DNA of 64,000 nucleotides from Candidatus Bathyarchaeota archaeon (GCA_963768425.1 CAVYHV010000006.1:256129-320128), one strand, 5' to 3'; positions 1-10,666 are shown, numbered from the stretch's first letter. The notes: a model not told the origin generated them from the sequence alone. A program made the numbers and translations.

Positions 1-35
1 GGTAAAGAAAATAAAAAAAAGAAAGACTGGAGCTT

Positions 36-1397
36 TTATTCTACGAGTTTTTGTTTGGCTTCTGCGATCAGTTTTATGGTTTGTTGTCGCCACGGCTCAA
101 AGTTTTGGGGTGAAGTTGGGTAAGTATTGTAGTGTGCGCTGAGTCCCCGCATCATTGTAACGGTTAAGCGAAGTTTGTTGAGGAATCCTACGCGTCGTAT
201 GCCGCGGAACACGCGTTTTGCGGTTTCCGTGATGTTTAGGTGGAAGTCGTCGCCCATTCCAGCTTTGAGAACGTCATCTTCAGTCATGAGTTTTTCGTTC
301 ATGCCATAGTTGAGGTCTGCATCGCTACAGGATAAGAGGAACATCTTGAAAATATCAAGGGTCCCTTGTTTCTTGCCATAAGTGTCGATGTATTTCTTGT
401 TGTAACCCCAAAGCGCCTCTTTGGTCGGTTCACCTTTGTTTAGGGCTTCAACGATTTGTTGCCCTGCAAGATAGCCGCTGAGCATTGAAGGCCCAATGCC
501 GCCTCCATGGATTGGATTAACTAACGAAGCAGCATCACCAGTCAATACGACACCATTTGAAACCATATTGTCTAATGGTCTGCGAACTGGATCAAACCAT
601 GAGCCACCATTTAAAACAACAGATCCGTCAAAGATCGGTTTCTTAAAGGCTGTGTCATACAGTTGCTGCTTGGGGTTAGGGTAGTTTTCGCGCATGCAGG
701 TACCTATGCCCACGTTGACGCGGGCGCCGCCTTTGGGAAAAATCCAAATGTATCCACCTGGCGAGGCTTTTTGGTTAAGATAGATTTCACAGAAGCGGGT
801 GTTTTCGGTTTCTTGCTTAAGTTGGCGAATCTCTCGGTAGCATGCTTCGACATCTTCGTTTGCTATGTCACGATCTATGCCCATCTCAGCAGGTAGTTTT
901 TTGCGGACCATGCCGAAGTAGCCTGTAGCGTCTACCACGACTTTACTTCGCATCTCTGCCACTTTGCCAGTTACCATGTTTTTCGCGGTTATGCCTGCTA
1001 CTGCGCCTTTCTCAATTATAGGTGAACGGAAATTCATGTTATCTTCAAGAACTGCGCCTTTGTCAGTTGCTTTATTGAGTAGCCACTGCCCAAACAACCT
1101 TCGATTAAGAAGGTAGCCGACAAAGTCTTTGTCCGCAATGGTGAAAACCGTGTTTTCATCCGGCGAATAAATCTTGATTCCGTCAATCTTCGCTTCCAAT
1201 TCGCCACTTGTGGGTTTCTCAAGCCCCAAGAATTTGAGGTGGTGCTCGCCCAAGGCGTCGCCGCAGATTTTTTCCCCTATTTGTTCCCGCGGCTTCTTTT
1301 CAACTATGCATACTTTTAAGCCTGATCCAGCGCTGGTTTTTGCGGCTAAGCAACCTGCTGTTCCAGCGCCAACGACTATGACGTCATATTTTTCCAA
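36..1397 (-). CDS. Digeranylgeranylglycerophospholipid reductase (geranylgeranyl reductase family)
   Basis: N-terminal FAD motif DVIVVGAGTAG, KICGD, PGGYIWIFPKG, and GDAA..VNPIHGGGI. Confidence 0.9.
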   Translation of the reverse strand: MEKYDVIVVGAGTAGCLAAKTSAGSGLKVCIVEKKPREQIGEKICGDALGEHHLKFLGLEKPTSGELEAKIDGIKIYSPDENTVFTIADKDFVGYLLNRRLFGQWLLNKATDKGAVLEDNMNFRSPIIEKGAVAGITAKNMVTGKVAEMRSKVVVDATGYFGMVRKKLPAEMGIDRDIANEDVEACYREIRQLKQETENTRFCEIYLNQKASPGGYIWIFPKGGARVNVGIGTCMRENYPNPKQQLYDTAFKKPIFDGSVVLNGGSWFDPVRRPLDNMVSNGVVLTGDAASLVNPIHGGGIGPSMLSGYLAGQQIVEALNKGEPTKEALWGYNKKYIDTYGKKQGTLDIFKMFLLSCSDADLNYGMNEKLMTEDDVLKAGMGDDFHLNITETAKRVFRGIRRVGFLNKLRLTVTMMRGLSAHYNTYPTSPQNFEPWRQQTIKLIAEAKQKLVE

Positions 1398-1496
1398 GAG
1401 TCTTATCCTCCAAACTGATGTAATTTGTATACCTTGTTGTATATGTAAACCTTAATAAATTGTGAAGTGAGCTAGACCACACCAAGTGTAAAACGA

Positions 1497-1937
1497 ATGA
1501 GTGCCCCATTAACTTTAAGCGCGGAGTTCCGCAAAATCGTGGAAGCCAGAATGGACCAGGTACTCAAAGGGGTAGAAGTTACCTTTAACCAGATAATTGA
1601 AACCCAAAAGATAACTCCAGCCGAGTTGAAACAAGAAATTGACAGTCTGCAAGAAACATTTAACCTGCTCTTCCAGAAATGGAGCCTTGAGATACTGTAC
1701 ACGTTGCTGCTGAAGAATGAAATTGGCTTCGGCGAAATCAAAAAAATCCTTACAGTCAACTCTCGGACCCTGTCGGACAAGCTTAAGATGCTTTCAGAGC
1801 ACGGATACGTAACAAGAAGCGTTTCCGCTGGTCCCCCGCTGAGGGTCGATTACTCGTTAACGGGTAAGGGGAAGAACACTGTGCTTCTTGCTTTACCGCT
1901 TATTTACTACTCAAGCAGCTCAGAAGTTAAAGCTTAG
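1497..1937 (+). CDS. HxlR-family winged-helix transcriptional regulator
   Basis: KWSLEILYTL...FGEIKK...NSRTLSDKLKML...GYVTR...PPLRVDYSLTGKG. Confidence 0.85.
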   Translation: MSAPLTLSAEFRKIVEARMDQVLKGVEVTFNQIIETQKITPAELKQEIDSLQETFNLLFQKWSLEILYTLLLKNEIGFGEIKKILTVNSRTLSDKLKMLSEHGYVTRSVSAGPPLRVDYSLTGKGKNTVLLALPLIYYSSSSEVKA

Positions 1938-2442
1938 ACAGCTTGGTTTCATTTCTCTTAAACGGGTAGGGCAAACTAGAGGTTTCCTTCATGGTTTCAA
2001 AAACCATGCATGTCAGAGTCTTTTCTAGACCCTTAATAAGCCTCAACTTATCAACAACAAACCTGCCGACTGCCTCCACGCTTTCAGCACGAAGCTTCAC
2101 CAACAAATCCCAGTCACCCGTAATTATATGAACCTCTTGAACTTCCGGGAAACGCGCGATTTCTTCAGCCACAGCCCGTTGGGAAATTGGGGCACCGTCA
2201 GTTTTTGTTGTATAGGATACCGATGCTAAGATGAATGCTGACGTACCAAGGTTGAGTTTTTCAGGGTTAAGGATGGCTCTGTACTGCTTTATTATGCCGA
2301 GTTCTTCCATTCGTTTTGTTTTTGCGAAGACAGTAGTTATTGGGGCGCTGATTTTTTTGGCGATTTGGTTTGCTGTTAGTTTGCTGTTTTCCTGAATGAG
2401 TTGAAGTATGGCTAAGTCTTTTTCATCAAGTTTAGTGCTCAT
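1927..2442 (-). CDS. Lrp/AsnC-family regulator, divergent from asnA
   Basis: LDEKDLAILQLIQENSK HTH and RAM domain EVHIITGDWDLLVKL. Confidence 0.92.
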   Translation of the reverse strand: MSTKLDEKDLAILQLIQENSKLTANQIAKKISAPITTVFAKTKRMEELGIIKQYRAILNPEKLNLGTSAFILASVSYTTKTDGAPISQRAVAEEIARFPEVQEVHIITGDWDLLVKLRAESVEAVGRFVVDKLRLIKGLEKTLTCMVFETMKETSSLPYPFKRNETKLSKL

Positions 2443-2559
2443 ATGTAAATATTACAACTCCTTATAGTAAAATCTTGTGTTTATTGTAATTTATACACGT
2501 TTTATTATAAAAAATTTATTATGTTGTTTGCATAGTATTTGTTCCAACAATTAAAAGGA

Positions 2560-3539
2560 ATGAGCAAAATGAAAGGCACACAAGAACAAATCCAAATGCC
2601 AAAAACGTTAGATCGACTTTCAGCGAGTGAGCTGGAAAGAAAAGCATGTATAGGCAAAGTTATGACTTACACCCTTAATAGCCTGACCTCAACATTTGTA
2701 AGTGAAGGCTACCAGTGGCTTCTACCTGTCGCTCTGAGCCAAAGTACTGACCCGCTTTGGCCTGACCCAGGCGCATCTATCGAAAAAAGAATCGAGGTCG
2801 ATATTTACGGCAAACCTGTACGCACAACCGCAAGCATGATTATCCATAAACTTGTGGCCGCATCAACAGCTTACTCTAAACTTTTCATTCTTTCGCCCAA
2901 CATACGCATCGAAAAAGCTGAACGCGCCAAGACGGGCAAACACATTTACGAGTTCACGCAACTTGACTTCGAAGCCAGAGACACTAGCTCAAAAGAAATC
3001 ATGTCTCTTGTTGAAGGAGCACTCTGCGAACTCGTCAAAGACGTAAAGAAGGACATGAAAAGCGAATTAACGAGCCTTTGTCGATGTGACACATTAAAAT
3101 CTCTGAAGGCACCTTTCAAAGTATACGATCGAGTAGAACTAGAGGCTAAATACGGTGCAAACGATTGGGAAGCCGCCTCGCTGAAGAAATAAAGAAACCT
3201 GTTTGGGTGACAAATATTCCGAGAGAATTCTACGATTTCGAAGACTTCAAAACTGGTAAATGGGATAACTACGACTTGTTCCTTCCGCAGTTCGGCGAAG
3301 TTCTTTCAGGCGCAAAACGAGAATGGGAATACAGCAAGATTTCAAAGAAAATCGAACGCGACCAAGTCAAAAAGGAAAACTACGCGTTGATCCTGACGTT
3401 GGCCAAAGAAGGAAGGCTGAAACCTACTGCTGGTGGCGGAATCGGCATGGAACGTTTAGTCGGCTGGATTGCAGGCGTTAAACATGTTGCTGAATGTCAA
3501 CCGTTCCCGAGGATCCCTGGAACTGTAAATGAACTCTGA
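2560..3539 (+). CDS. asnA: Archaeal asparagine synthetase A (AsnRS-like catalytic core); frameshifted near 3170
   Basis: STDPLWPD, SMIIHK, SPNIRIE, EFTQLDFE in ORF 2539-3192; GEVLSGAKRE and GGGIGMERLV in ORF 3165-3539. Adding one A at 3170-3171 joins them (W-E-S-R-L-A-E-E). Confidence 0.85.
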
Positions 3540-3670
3540 TTCTGTGTAAAGAAACGCATCGGCGAACTATACAATCCTCAACTTTTCTTTTAATTGCGAA
3601 AAGTTTATCTTTACTTATGCCGCCATCAGAAAGGAAAACGTTTAATCCTAAAGTAGTTGGAGATTGAAAA

Positions 3671-5581
3671 ATGGCTATAATGAATCCTTATCTTGAGGCG
3701 CTTCAGCCTCTACTCAGCGAGGCAGACTTCAAAAAACTAAGCAAAATAGACAATCCAAACGTTCACGAGTTCATAGCTAAGGAAAGCGACCTTTGCCAAC
3801 CTAAAGACATTTTCATCTGCAGCGACTCCGCCGAAGACATCGCTCACGTACGCAAACAAGCAATATCCAGCGGGGAAGAACAAGCAATTCTAACCCTTCC
3901 AGGGCACACGGTACATTTTGATGGTGAATATGATCAAGGTCGAGACCGCCAAGCTACCAAGTATCTTGTACCAAAAGGCGTCATCTTAAGCAAAGCCCTC
4001 AACCAGATGGATCGCCAAGAAGGACTAGCTGAAGTCAGATCTCTTCTGCGCGATTCCATGCAGAATAAAACCATGATTGTTCGCTTTATATCGCTGGGAC
4101 CTCAAGATTCAATCTTCACAATTCTCGGTTTGCAATGCACTGACTCATGGTATGTCGCTCACTCTGAAAGCTTACTTTACCGCTCAGGTTACGAACAGTT
4201 TGTTAAAGCAGGGCCAAAAAGCGATTTCCTACGAGTTGTTCACTCAGCAGGAAAACTAAACGGCGACATGATCAGCGTTGATCACGACAAAAAATGCGTC
4301 TACATCGACCACATGGACAACACAATCTACAGCGTGAATACCCAGTACGCCGGCAACTCTGTAGGGTTCAAGAAACTGGCGTTCCGCCTAGCAATTCGCA
4401 AAGCGAGCAGCGAAGGCTGGCTGGCAGAACACATGCTGCTTATGGGCGTTTTTGGGCCAGGCGGACGAAAAACCTACTTTGCAGGAGCATTCCCAAGTGC
4501 ATGCGGAAAAACCTCAACAGCAATGCTTCCCGGAGAGACCATTTTGGGCGACGACATCGCATACATCCGCGACATAGACGCCGTAGCGCACGCAGTTAAC
4601 GTAGAATCAGGCATCTTTGGCATAATACAGGACGTGAACCCCAAAGATGATGCCCTAATCCACCAATTGCTAACTAACCCAGGCGAAATAATATTTTCAA
4701 ACGTGCTGGTTAAAGATGGCAAACCATACTGGCTCGGTATGGGACAGGAGCTTCCTAAAGACGGCTGCAACTATACTGGTGCATGGTTCGATGGCAAAAA
4801 AGACGAGTCTGGCAACGATATTCCGCCAGCCAACAAAAACGCACGTTACACCTTGGCGCTTAAAGCGTTAAAGAACTGTGACGCGGAGCTTCATAACCCA
4901 ATGGGCATTGAAGTTGGTGGCATAATGTATGGTGGACGTGACTACAAGGCTTACGTGCCAGTTCAGCAAAGCTTCAGCTGGCAACATGGCATCATCGCCT
5001 ATGGTGCCTCGCTTGAAACCGTGACTACCTTCGCCACAGTTGGCAAAGAAGGCGTTCCAGAAATCAACATGATGAGCATACAGGACTTCATCTCAATCCC
5101 TCTTGGAAAAAACGTGCACAACAACCTTGACTTTGGCCGAAAAATCAAGAAGCAACCTATAATCTTCGGAGTCAACTATTTTCTTAAAGAAGTCGGCAAC
5201 GGCAAATACTTAAACGGCACACAGGACAAGCACGTTTGGATAAAATGGATGGAGCAAAGAGTACATAAGGAAGTTGGCGCCATAGAAACCCCAACAGGCT
5301 ACATCCCAAAATACGAAGATCTTCAAAAGCTTTTCAAACAAGTGCTCAACAAAAACTATCCAAGAGAAGACTACCTCAAGCAGTTCACCATTCGCGTCCC
5401 AGAAAACCTCGCAAAGATTGACCGGGTTTCAAGATTCTACCAGGAAAACGTCACCGACACACCACTAGAACTCTTCGGTATCCTATATCTGCAACGTCAA
5501 CGGCTCCTTGAAGCAAAAGAAAAATACGGCGACTACATTTCTCCCGAGAAATTTGAGCAAGAAAAAACAAAGCAAACTTAA
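3671..5581 (+). CDS. pckG: Phosphoenolpyruvate carboxykinase (GTP)
   Basis: YAGNSVGFKK, WLAEHM, AFPSACGKTS, GDDIAY, NARY, GIMYGGR motifs. Confidence 0.95.
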   Translation: MAIMNPYLEALQPLLSEADFKKLSKIDNPNVHEFIAKESDLCQPKDIFICSDSAEDIAHVRKQAISSGEEQAILTLPGHTVHFDGEYDQGRDRQATKYLVPKGVILSKALNQMDRQEGLAEVRSLLRDSMQNKTMIVRFISLGPQDSIFTILGLQCTDSWYVAHSESLLYRSGYEQFVKAGPKSDFLRVVHSAGKLNGDMISVDHDKKCVYIDHMDNTIYSVNTQYAGNSVGFKKLAFRLAIRKASSEGWLAEHMLLMGVFGPGGRKTYFAGAFPSACGKTSTAMLPGETILGDDIAYIRDIDAVAHAVNVESGIFGIIQDVNPKDDALIHQLLTNPGEIIFSNVLVKDGKPYWLGMGQELPKDGCNYTGAWFDGKKDESGNDIPPANKNARYTLALKALKNCDAELHNPMGIEVGGIMYGGRDYKAYVPVQQSFSWQHGIIAYGASLETVTTFATVGKEGVPEINMMSIQDFISIPLGKNVHNNLDFGRKIKKQPIIFGVNYFLKEVGNGKYLNGTQDKHVWIKWMEQRVHKEVGAIETPTGYIPKYEDLQKLFKQVLNKNYPREDYLKQFTIRVPENLAKIDRVSRFYQENVTDTPLELFGILYLQRQRLLEAKEKYGDYISPEKFEQEKTKQT

Positions 5582-5728
5582 TCTGCTGGGGAGGCATCTT
5601 TTTTTGTTTCTTCGTTTGGGTAAAATCTTAAAAGTATCCTCTATACAGACTAAGAATTCATAACGGTTAATTAAGAAAAACAATTAAGAAGAAACACAGA
5701 ACAAAAAAGCAAAACAAGGGTAAGTAAA

Positions 5729-5977
5729 ATGATGATGAAAAAGCTCGAGAAAAAATGTTTCCCCTTTACCATAAACCTAGTAGCTATGGAGGGAGACGGT
5801 ACATTCGCATGCCCCAAATGCGGGACAATGATTTCGCCTGACGACGAATCCGAATCCAACTACAAAATCGTCGATACCAAAGTCACGAACGATGAACTTA
5901 CTGAACTAGTCATCTCATGCGGCAAATGCGGCAGCACAATCATAATCACCGGCTTCCAAGCAGGGATCGATTCATAA
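5729..5977 (+). CDS. Small Zn-ribbon protein (CPKC...CGKC); paralogue of 60091-60333
   Basis: Two CxxC pairs; aligns along its length with the ORF at 60091-60333. Confidence 0.8.
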   Translation: MMMKKLEKKCFPFTINLVAMEGDGTFACPKCGTMISPDDESESNYKIVDTKVTNDELTELVISCGKCGSTIIITGFQAGIDS

Positions 5978-6152
5978 AAAAATACAAAAAATAGTTCTTA
6001 ACTCATTCTTATTCTAATTGCCAAGCCAAATTAACCGATACATCTGATTTCTATGAAAACCTTGATTTTGGAAGCTACTTTGACCTTTTATCTTTGTTTT
6101 TGAGCAAATGGTTTATTTTGTCTTTTTTACATTAATCGAGCTGTGGATTTAG

Positions 6153-6755
6153 ATGCTTATTGAGACCTTCATGGTTGGCGGTTTATCGACAAACTGCTAC
6201 GTCGTTAGCTCCCAGCAAACCAAAGACGCAATCATAATCGACCCAGGCATAGACCTAATTTTAGAAGCAGACCAAATCTTCGACTACATTGCTGAAGCAG
6301 AGTTGAAGGTGAAGATGATTGTGAACACGCATGGGCATTCAGATCACATAAACGGCGACGCCATTTTTCAAGAAAAATACGATGTGCCCATCTGCATTCA
6401 CCGTCTGGACGCGGCTTCTCTTGCGGTTTTGGAAAACATGAATTTTCCGTCGAGTATCCTTTTGGATGATGGCAGCTTGGTCAATTTTGGAAACAGCTCA
6501 CTAAAAGTCATGCATACGCCGGGTCATACACCTGGCAGCATCTGCCTTCTTGGAACAAAGCTGGTTTTCACTGGTGACACATTGTTTGCGGGCGGGATAG
6601 GCCGAACCGATTTTCCAGGTGGCTCTTACAGCGAAATGCAATTATCTCTTCAAAAACTGCAGGGTTTGCCTGATAACTACTTAATTTACCCCGGTCATGG
6701 ACCCACATCAATAATAGGAGAAGAAAAAAGGGTCAATCCATTCTTGACGAGTTGA
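6153..6755 (+). CDS. MBL-fold metallo-hydrolase (glyoxalase II-like)
   Basis: THGHSDH, HTPGHTPG, FTGDTLF, PGHG. Confidence 0.92.
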   Translation: MLIETFMVGGLSTNCYVVSSQQTKDAIIIDPGIDLILEADQIFDYIAEAELKVKMIVNTHGHSDHINGDAIFQEKYDVPICIHRLDAASLAVLENMNFPSSILLDDGSLVNFGNSSLKVMHTPGHTPGSICLLGTKLVFTGDTLFAGGIGRTDFPGGSYSEMQLSLQKLQGLPDNYLIYPGHGPTSIIGEEKRVNPFLTS

Positions 6756-6767
6756 CTTTCAAAAAGA

Positions 6768-7508
6768 CTATTTTGCACATGCAATCAGGATAAGCCTGTT
6801 CGAGTCAAGGCTAAATTGTTGCCCCTCGTAGCCGCCGATGACCCGCGTGACTACAAAGCCAGCTTGCTTAAGCAAATCCCGCAAAACTTGGGACTGATAC
6901 AAACGTACGGTATGCCTGAAAATCCTTATTTTCCCATCTGCCTTTCCGCAGACCGTCCATAAATCTCGGAGCTTTAAGCCATTTTTATCGATGGTGCGCT
7001 TTTGCGAAAGAGAAAAACTCGGGTATTCTCGAGGTTTAGAATTGACTGGCTGCTTGGCTGCGTTTTTTTGCATCAGTTGCTTCCGATTGAAAACGTCAAT
7101 GATCAATACCCCGCCTTTCTGTATTGTTTGGTGCAGTTCCAAAAGGCTTTCCGTATCCTCCTCTTCAGTTGGCAAATAACCAAAGCTTGTGTCCATACTT
7201 ACCGCTGCGGCGAAAGTCTGTGGCTTAAAGGGCAGATGCCGCATGTCCGCTTTTACCAGCTGCATGCTGCTGAGTCTGGTTTTTGCTATTTTGAGAAGAT
7301 TTGGCGAGATGTCTAACCCAACAACGTCGTATCCTTCTTTGCTCAGAGGGATTGCGTGCCTTCCCGTTCCGCAAGCAACATCCAAAATTATCCCTTGTAG
7401 CTTTAGGATGTTTCTTATGAATTTTACTTGTTTTTCTGTTTGGTTTTGGTCAGCTATTTCCGCCCAGCAAACGTTCATCCGGTCAAAAACGTTCAGGAAG
7501 TGCTTCAT
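6768..7508 (-). CDS. Class I SAM-dependent methyltransferase
   Basis: ILDVACGTGRH, GLDIS, ADMRHLPF. Confidence 0.88.
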   Translation of the reverse strand: MKHFLNVFDRMNVCWAEIADQNQTEKQVKFIRNILKLQGIILDVACGTGRHAIPLSKEGYDVVGLDISPNLLKIAKTRLSSMQLVKADMRHLPFKPQTFAAAVSMDTSFGYLPTEEEDTESLLELHQTIQKGGVLIIDVFNRKQLMQKNAAKQPVNSKPREYPSFSLSQKRTIDKNGLKLRDLWTVCGKADGKIRIFRHTVRLYQSQVLRDLLKQAGFVVTRVIGGYEGQQFSLDSNRLILIACAK

Positions 7509-7587
7509 TTTTCATCAAAACACGCTTGATTAAACTACCGTTTGGTTGAATTTAGCTTTTTCACGTATGCACTGGCACCATTAACTG

Positions 7588-7627
7588 TGTCTGAAATTGT
7601 CTATTAATGTCTAAAAATGTCTCAACA
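7588..7627. repeat. Four TGTCT-N5 units at exact 10-bp period
   Basis: tgtctgaaat tgtctattaa tgtctaaaaa tgtctcaaca (starts 7588, 7598, 7608, 7618). Confidence 0.7.
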
Positions 7628-7841
7628 TGCAACTGACTCAAGATCTGTTTCAAAAAAGAAGCTAAAAATAACTTGTTCAAAAATTGCCAACGCAACTATT
7701 TTCTTTCATAGACCTACCCGCTGAAATATCAAAGCTAACCACAAGCCTTTGCACGAATTTAAAGCTGAAAACTCGGGAACCTTTTTCGAGCCGCTTAAAT
7801 ATCCTTGCCGCTTACTCTCTAATCCGCTGGAGAACGAGGCT

Positions 7842-8531
7842 TTGAGTGAAAAGCAGGATTGGCAACATCTTTACATGCTTCTGAGGCTTGCGGAGATGGG
7901 GGCTTACCGTCGAACCGCCAAAATCTCAACTGAATATTTGGCGGGTAAACTTGGGTTTTCCCAGCAGACCGCGTCACGTTACCTAATAGAGCTTGAACGT
8001 AAAGGATGGATTCAACGCAACATCACCCCAGAAGGCAGCTTAATTCGAATTGAAGAGCCGGGTGGTAAGGAACTGCAGAAACTTTATTCAAGCCTTAAGT
8101 TTCTGGTCGAGAAATCGTACCCGCCCTCAGTGACCTTGGAGGGAACAGTCTTTACCGGACTGGGTGAAGGCGCATACTATATTTCGAAGGAAAATTATCG
8201 AAAGCAATTTGCGGAAAAACTGGGTTTTGATCCTTACCCTGGAACCCTCAACCTCAAGTTGACAGCGGATTACGACATCAAAACCCGGATGGAACTGGAG
8301 GCATACCCAGCTGTCGAAGTGACGGGTTTCAAGAATGAGGACCGTTCCTTCGGGCTTGTGAAATGCTATCCCGCAGTAATCGGCAACAAGGTTAAAGGCG
8401 CTCTGGTAACGGCGCTACGTAGCCACTACGATGTTTCGGTCTTGGAAATCATTGCGCCCGTATGCTTAAGGAAGCAGCTCAACATTAAAGATGGCAACAA
8501 AGTAAAAGTGGAAATTTACATCGCACCGTAG
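7842..8531 (+). CDS. ribK: CTP-dependent riboflavin kinase with N-terminal wHTH (RbkR-type bifunctional regulator/kinase)
   Basis: HTH SQQTASRYLIELE; GTVFTGLGEGAYY, LGFDPYPGTLN, LEIIAPVCLR; start reassigned to TTG 7842. Confidence 0.92.
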   Translation: MSEKQDWQHLYMLLRLAEMGAYRRTAKISTEYLAGKLGFSQQTASRYLIELERKGWIQRNITPEGSLIRIEEPGGKELQKLYSSLKFLVEKSYPPSVTLEGTVFTGLGEGAYYISKENYRKQFAEKLGFDPYPGTLNLKLTADYDIKTRMELEAYPAVEVTGFKNEDRSFGLVKCYPAVIGNKVKGALVTALRSHYDVSVLEIIAPVCLRKQLNIKDGNKVKVEIYIAP

Positions 8532-8536
8532 CCTAC

Positions 8537-9157
8537 CTAAAATGGGTAAAGCGGATTCTTATATTTGACAGAGTACTCCTGCTGCGGTTTGCGCCTGGTG
8601 GCTATCCAGTAGCCAACTATTAAGCCGAAGCCTAAGCCGCCTATGTGCGCCAAATCGTTGACTCCGGCGCTTAATCCGCTTATTAGTAGTAGGAAGAAAG
8701 CGTAAACGAGCGCCCCAACGATAGATTGCCGAACGGAATGTCTATCGTAAATGACACATGCTCCGAAAAGCGCGAAGATTGCGCCTGAAGCTCCTACAGA
8801 GAGAAATTCTGGCCCAAAAGCTAACGAAAGAACATTGCCCGCCAAGCCTCCCACAAGGTAGATTCCCAGGTACTCGGGTAGCGAAAACATTTCTTCTGCT
8901 CTTAACCCGAATATGAAGAGAAACAGCATGTTGCCCACGAGATGGGGTATTGAGGCGTGGATGAACGTAGATGTGAAAAGCTGGTAGTATGCGCCGTGCA
9001 GTACTTCGATGTTCCATTGGTACAGAGGTGGAATGCCGGCAAGGTTTGTGGTTAGTGCGTTGCCTCCGACTATGGATGTGTAAATGTACATTGCCGTGTT
9101 TAGGGCTATGAGGATAATTGTCGGCTTGTACTTTTCGCTATTCATCGGGTTAACCAA
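8537..9157 (-). CDS. Rhomboid intramembrane serine protease
   Basis: HASIPHLVGNM, GASGAIF, AHIGG. Confidence 0.93.
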   Translation of the reverse strand: MVNPMNSEKYKPTIILIALNTAMYIYTSIVGGNALTTNLAGIPPLYQWNIEVLHGAYYQLFTSTFIHASIPHLVGNMLFLFIFGLRAEEMFSLPEYLGIYLVGGLAGNVLSLAFGPEFLSVGASGAIFALFGACVIYDRHSVRQSIVGALVYAFFLLLISGLSAGVNDLAHIGGLGFGLIVGYWIATRRKPQQEYSVKYKNPLYPF

Positions 9158-9159
9158 AC

Positions 9160-9621
9160 TTAACTTGAGAGCTTATCGATTATTTCCTGCTTAATCTTTG
9201 TTGAACTATCTAAAGTATTCTCCCCAAACTTTCCGATCCTAACGACTTCAACCTTCAAACCGTGGGTTTTCACGTAACTTAAAACCTGCTTAAACATGTC
9301 CTGCTGGTCGTAACCTAACGCAATTACATCTGGCCTGATTGACTCAATGACTTCACCGATTTCAAATTCTTCATATCCAAGCACCGCCCTATCTACAACC
9401 TTCAAGGATTCAACTAGCAGGCACCTTTCAGTCTCAGACATAATTGGTTTTCTGCCTTTGGTTTTCTCAACTGTGCTGTCCCTTGCAACAACAACAATCA
9501 ACTCAGCGTTTTCTCCTCCTACCTTCTTGGCTTCCTCTAAAAACCTGACATGCCCCAGATGAAGCAGGTCAAACACGCCTGAAGCTAAGACAACTTTTTT
9601 CTTTGCGGATTTGTCGGCCAT
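9160..9621 (-). CDS. ribL: FAD synthase (cytidylyltransferase fold)
   Basis: GVFDLLHLGH, VVARD, LGYDQ, SSTKIK; next to riboflavin kinase. Confidence 0.88.
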   Translation of the reverse strand: MADKSAKKKVVLASGVFDLLHLGHVRFLEEAKKVGGENAELIVVVARDSTVEKTKGRKPIMSETERCLLVESLKVVDRAVLGYEEFEIGEVIESIRPDVIALGYDQQDMFKQVLSYVKTHGLKVEVVRIGKFGENTLDSSTKIKQEIIDKLSS

Positions 9622-9872
9622 TCGAATTTCACAGCGCCTAACAACCTTAATGCGTCAAGGAGCCCTTCACAGTAAGCAACCGAGGTTAAGCTTGTTTCAA
9701 ATTTTCCTTGAGCCTTATAATACTTTGCGTCTTCCAAATAATCGCATGCCCAACGAAGAACCTTCGTCGAATCCGCCTCGGAAACTGTCACAGATTCTTT
9801 TGTCTGCAGCAGCTCCTTGAGCACTTTTTCCGCTGAGCCGATGTACTTTGCCGCAAGCATTTCCGAACTCAC
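9585..9872 (-). CDS. DUF357 family protein
   Basis: YLEDAKYY...SVAYCEGLLDALRLLG; typical dph5 neighbour. Confidence 0.85.
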   Translation of the reverse strand: MSSEMLAAKYIGSAEKVLKELLQTKESVTVSEADSTKVLRWACDYLEDAKYYKAQGKFETSLTSVAYCEGLLDALRLLGAVKFEWPTNPQRKKLS

Positions 9873-10666
9873 TTGGCAAGCCTCCTAAACTCTGCAGGAG
9901 CACCAGCAAAAGCAATCAAAGCTTCAACCTCCATAAAATGCATGTTGCCTGGAAGAATTAGGCTGTAAGGCGGCTCGCCAAAATCAAAAATCACAATGTT
10001 TTTGATGAAATCTGCCTTTAAAGTTGGAGTTTTGCTTCCCGCCCGAGCTACTCCAACTGCCGGCGTAGCAGGCGTCACTGCGCGCTCTCTCTTTTTCTTC
10101 TCAACTTCCAGAAGCATCTCCACAGCTTGGTTGATGCCTAGGAAATGCTTTTCAGGGGCTTTCAAATCCAGCAGGCAAAGCGTATGCAAACCCGCCTTCT
10201 TGTTTTGCGCGATGACATCGTATGGTGTTGCCGAATAATTTTCCGGAAAGGGAACGGTGACGGTCTTTCCAAATTTATAATTGTGCAGCCCAGAGAGGCT
10301 AACAATCGCTGAAATAATCGATGCACCGTGAACAATGCGGGTTCTTATCCCCTTCTTCTCTGCGTCAATTCTTAATGTGACGTGGGTTGTGGCTATAAAA
10401 GGGTCGCCTGGGACAAGAAAAACGGTTTTACCTTTTTGGGCGGCCTGAATAATTGCTGCGGCGTTTTCCTCTTCTAAATCGCGCCTTGAAACCAATTGGA
10501 CTTGCCTGCCGCATGTGTCTTCGAAGCGTTGCAGGTTGAAATCTGGCATGAAGCTCGTGTATGTTTCCATGAAAACGGTGTCTGCGCTTTTGGTTTCTTC
10601 TAAACCGCTGAGGCTGATGCCTTTTTCATCGTTTAACCCTAAGCCTACGAAGACAAGTTCCTTCAA
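9869..10666 (-). CDS. dph5: Diphthine synthase
   Basis: VGLGL, PGDPFIATTH, GLHNYKFGKTVT, GLHTLCLLD. Confidence 0.95.
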   Translation of the reverse strand: MKELVFVGLGLNDEKGISLSGLEETKSADTVFMETYTSFMPDFNLQRFEDTCGRQVQLVSRRDLEEENAAAIIQAAQKGKTVFLVPGDPFIATTHVTLRIDAEKKGIRTRIVHGASIISAIVSLSGLHNYKFGKTVTVPFPENYSATPYDVIAQNKKAGLHTLCLLDLKAPEKHFLGINQAVEMLLEVEKKKRERAVTPATPAVGVARAGSKTPTLKADFIKNIVIFDFGEPPYSLILPGNMHFMEVEALIAFAGAPAEFRRLAK

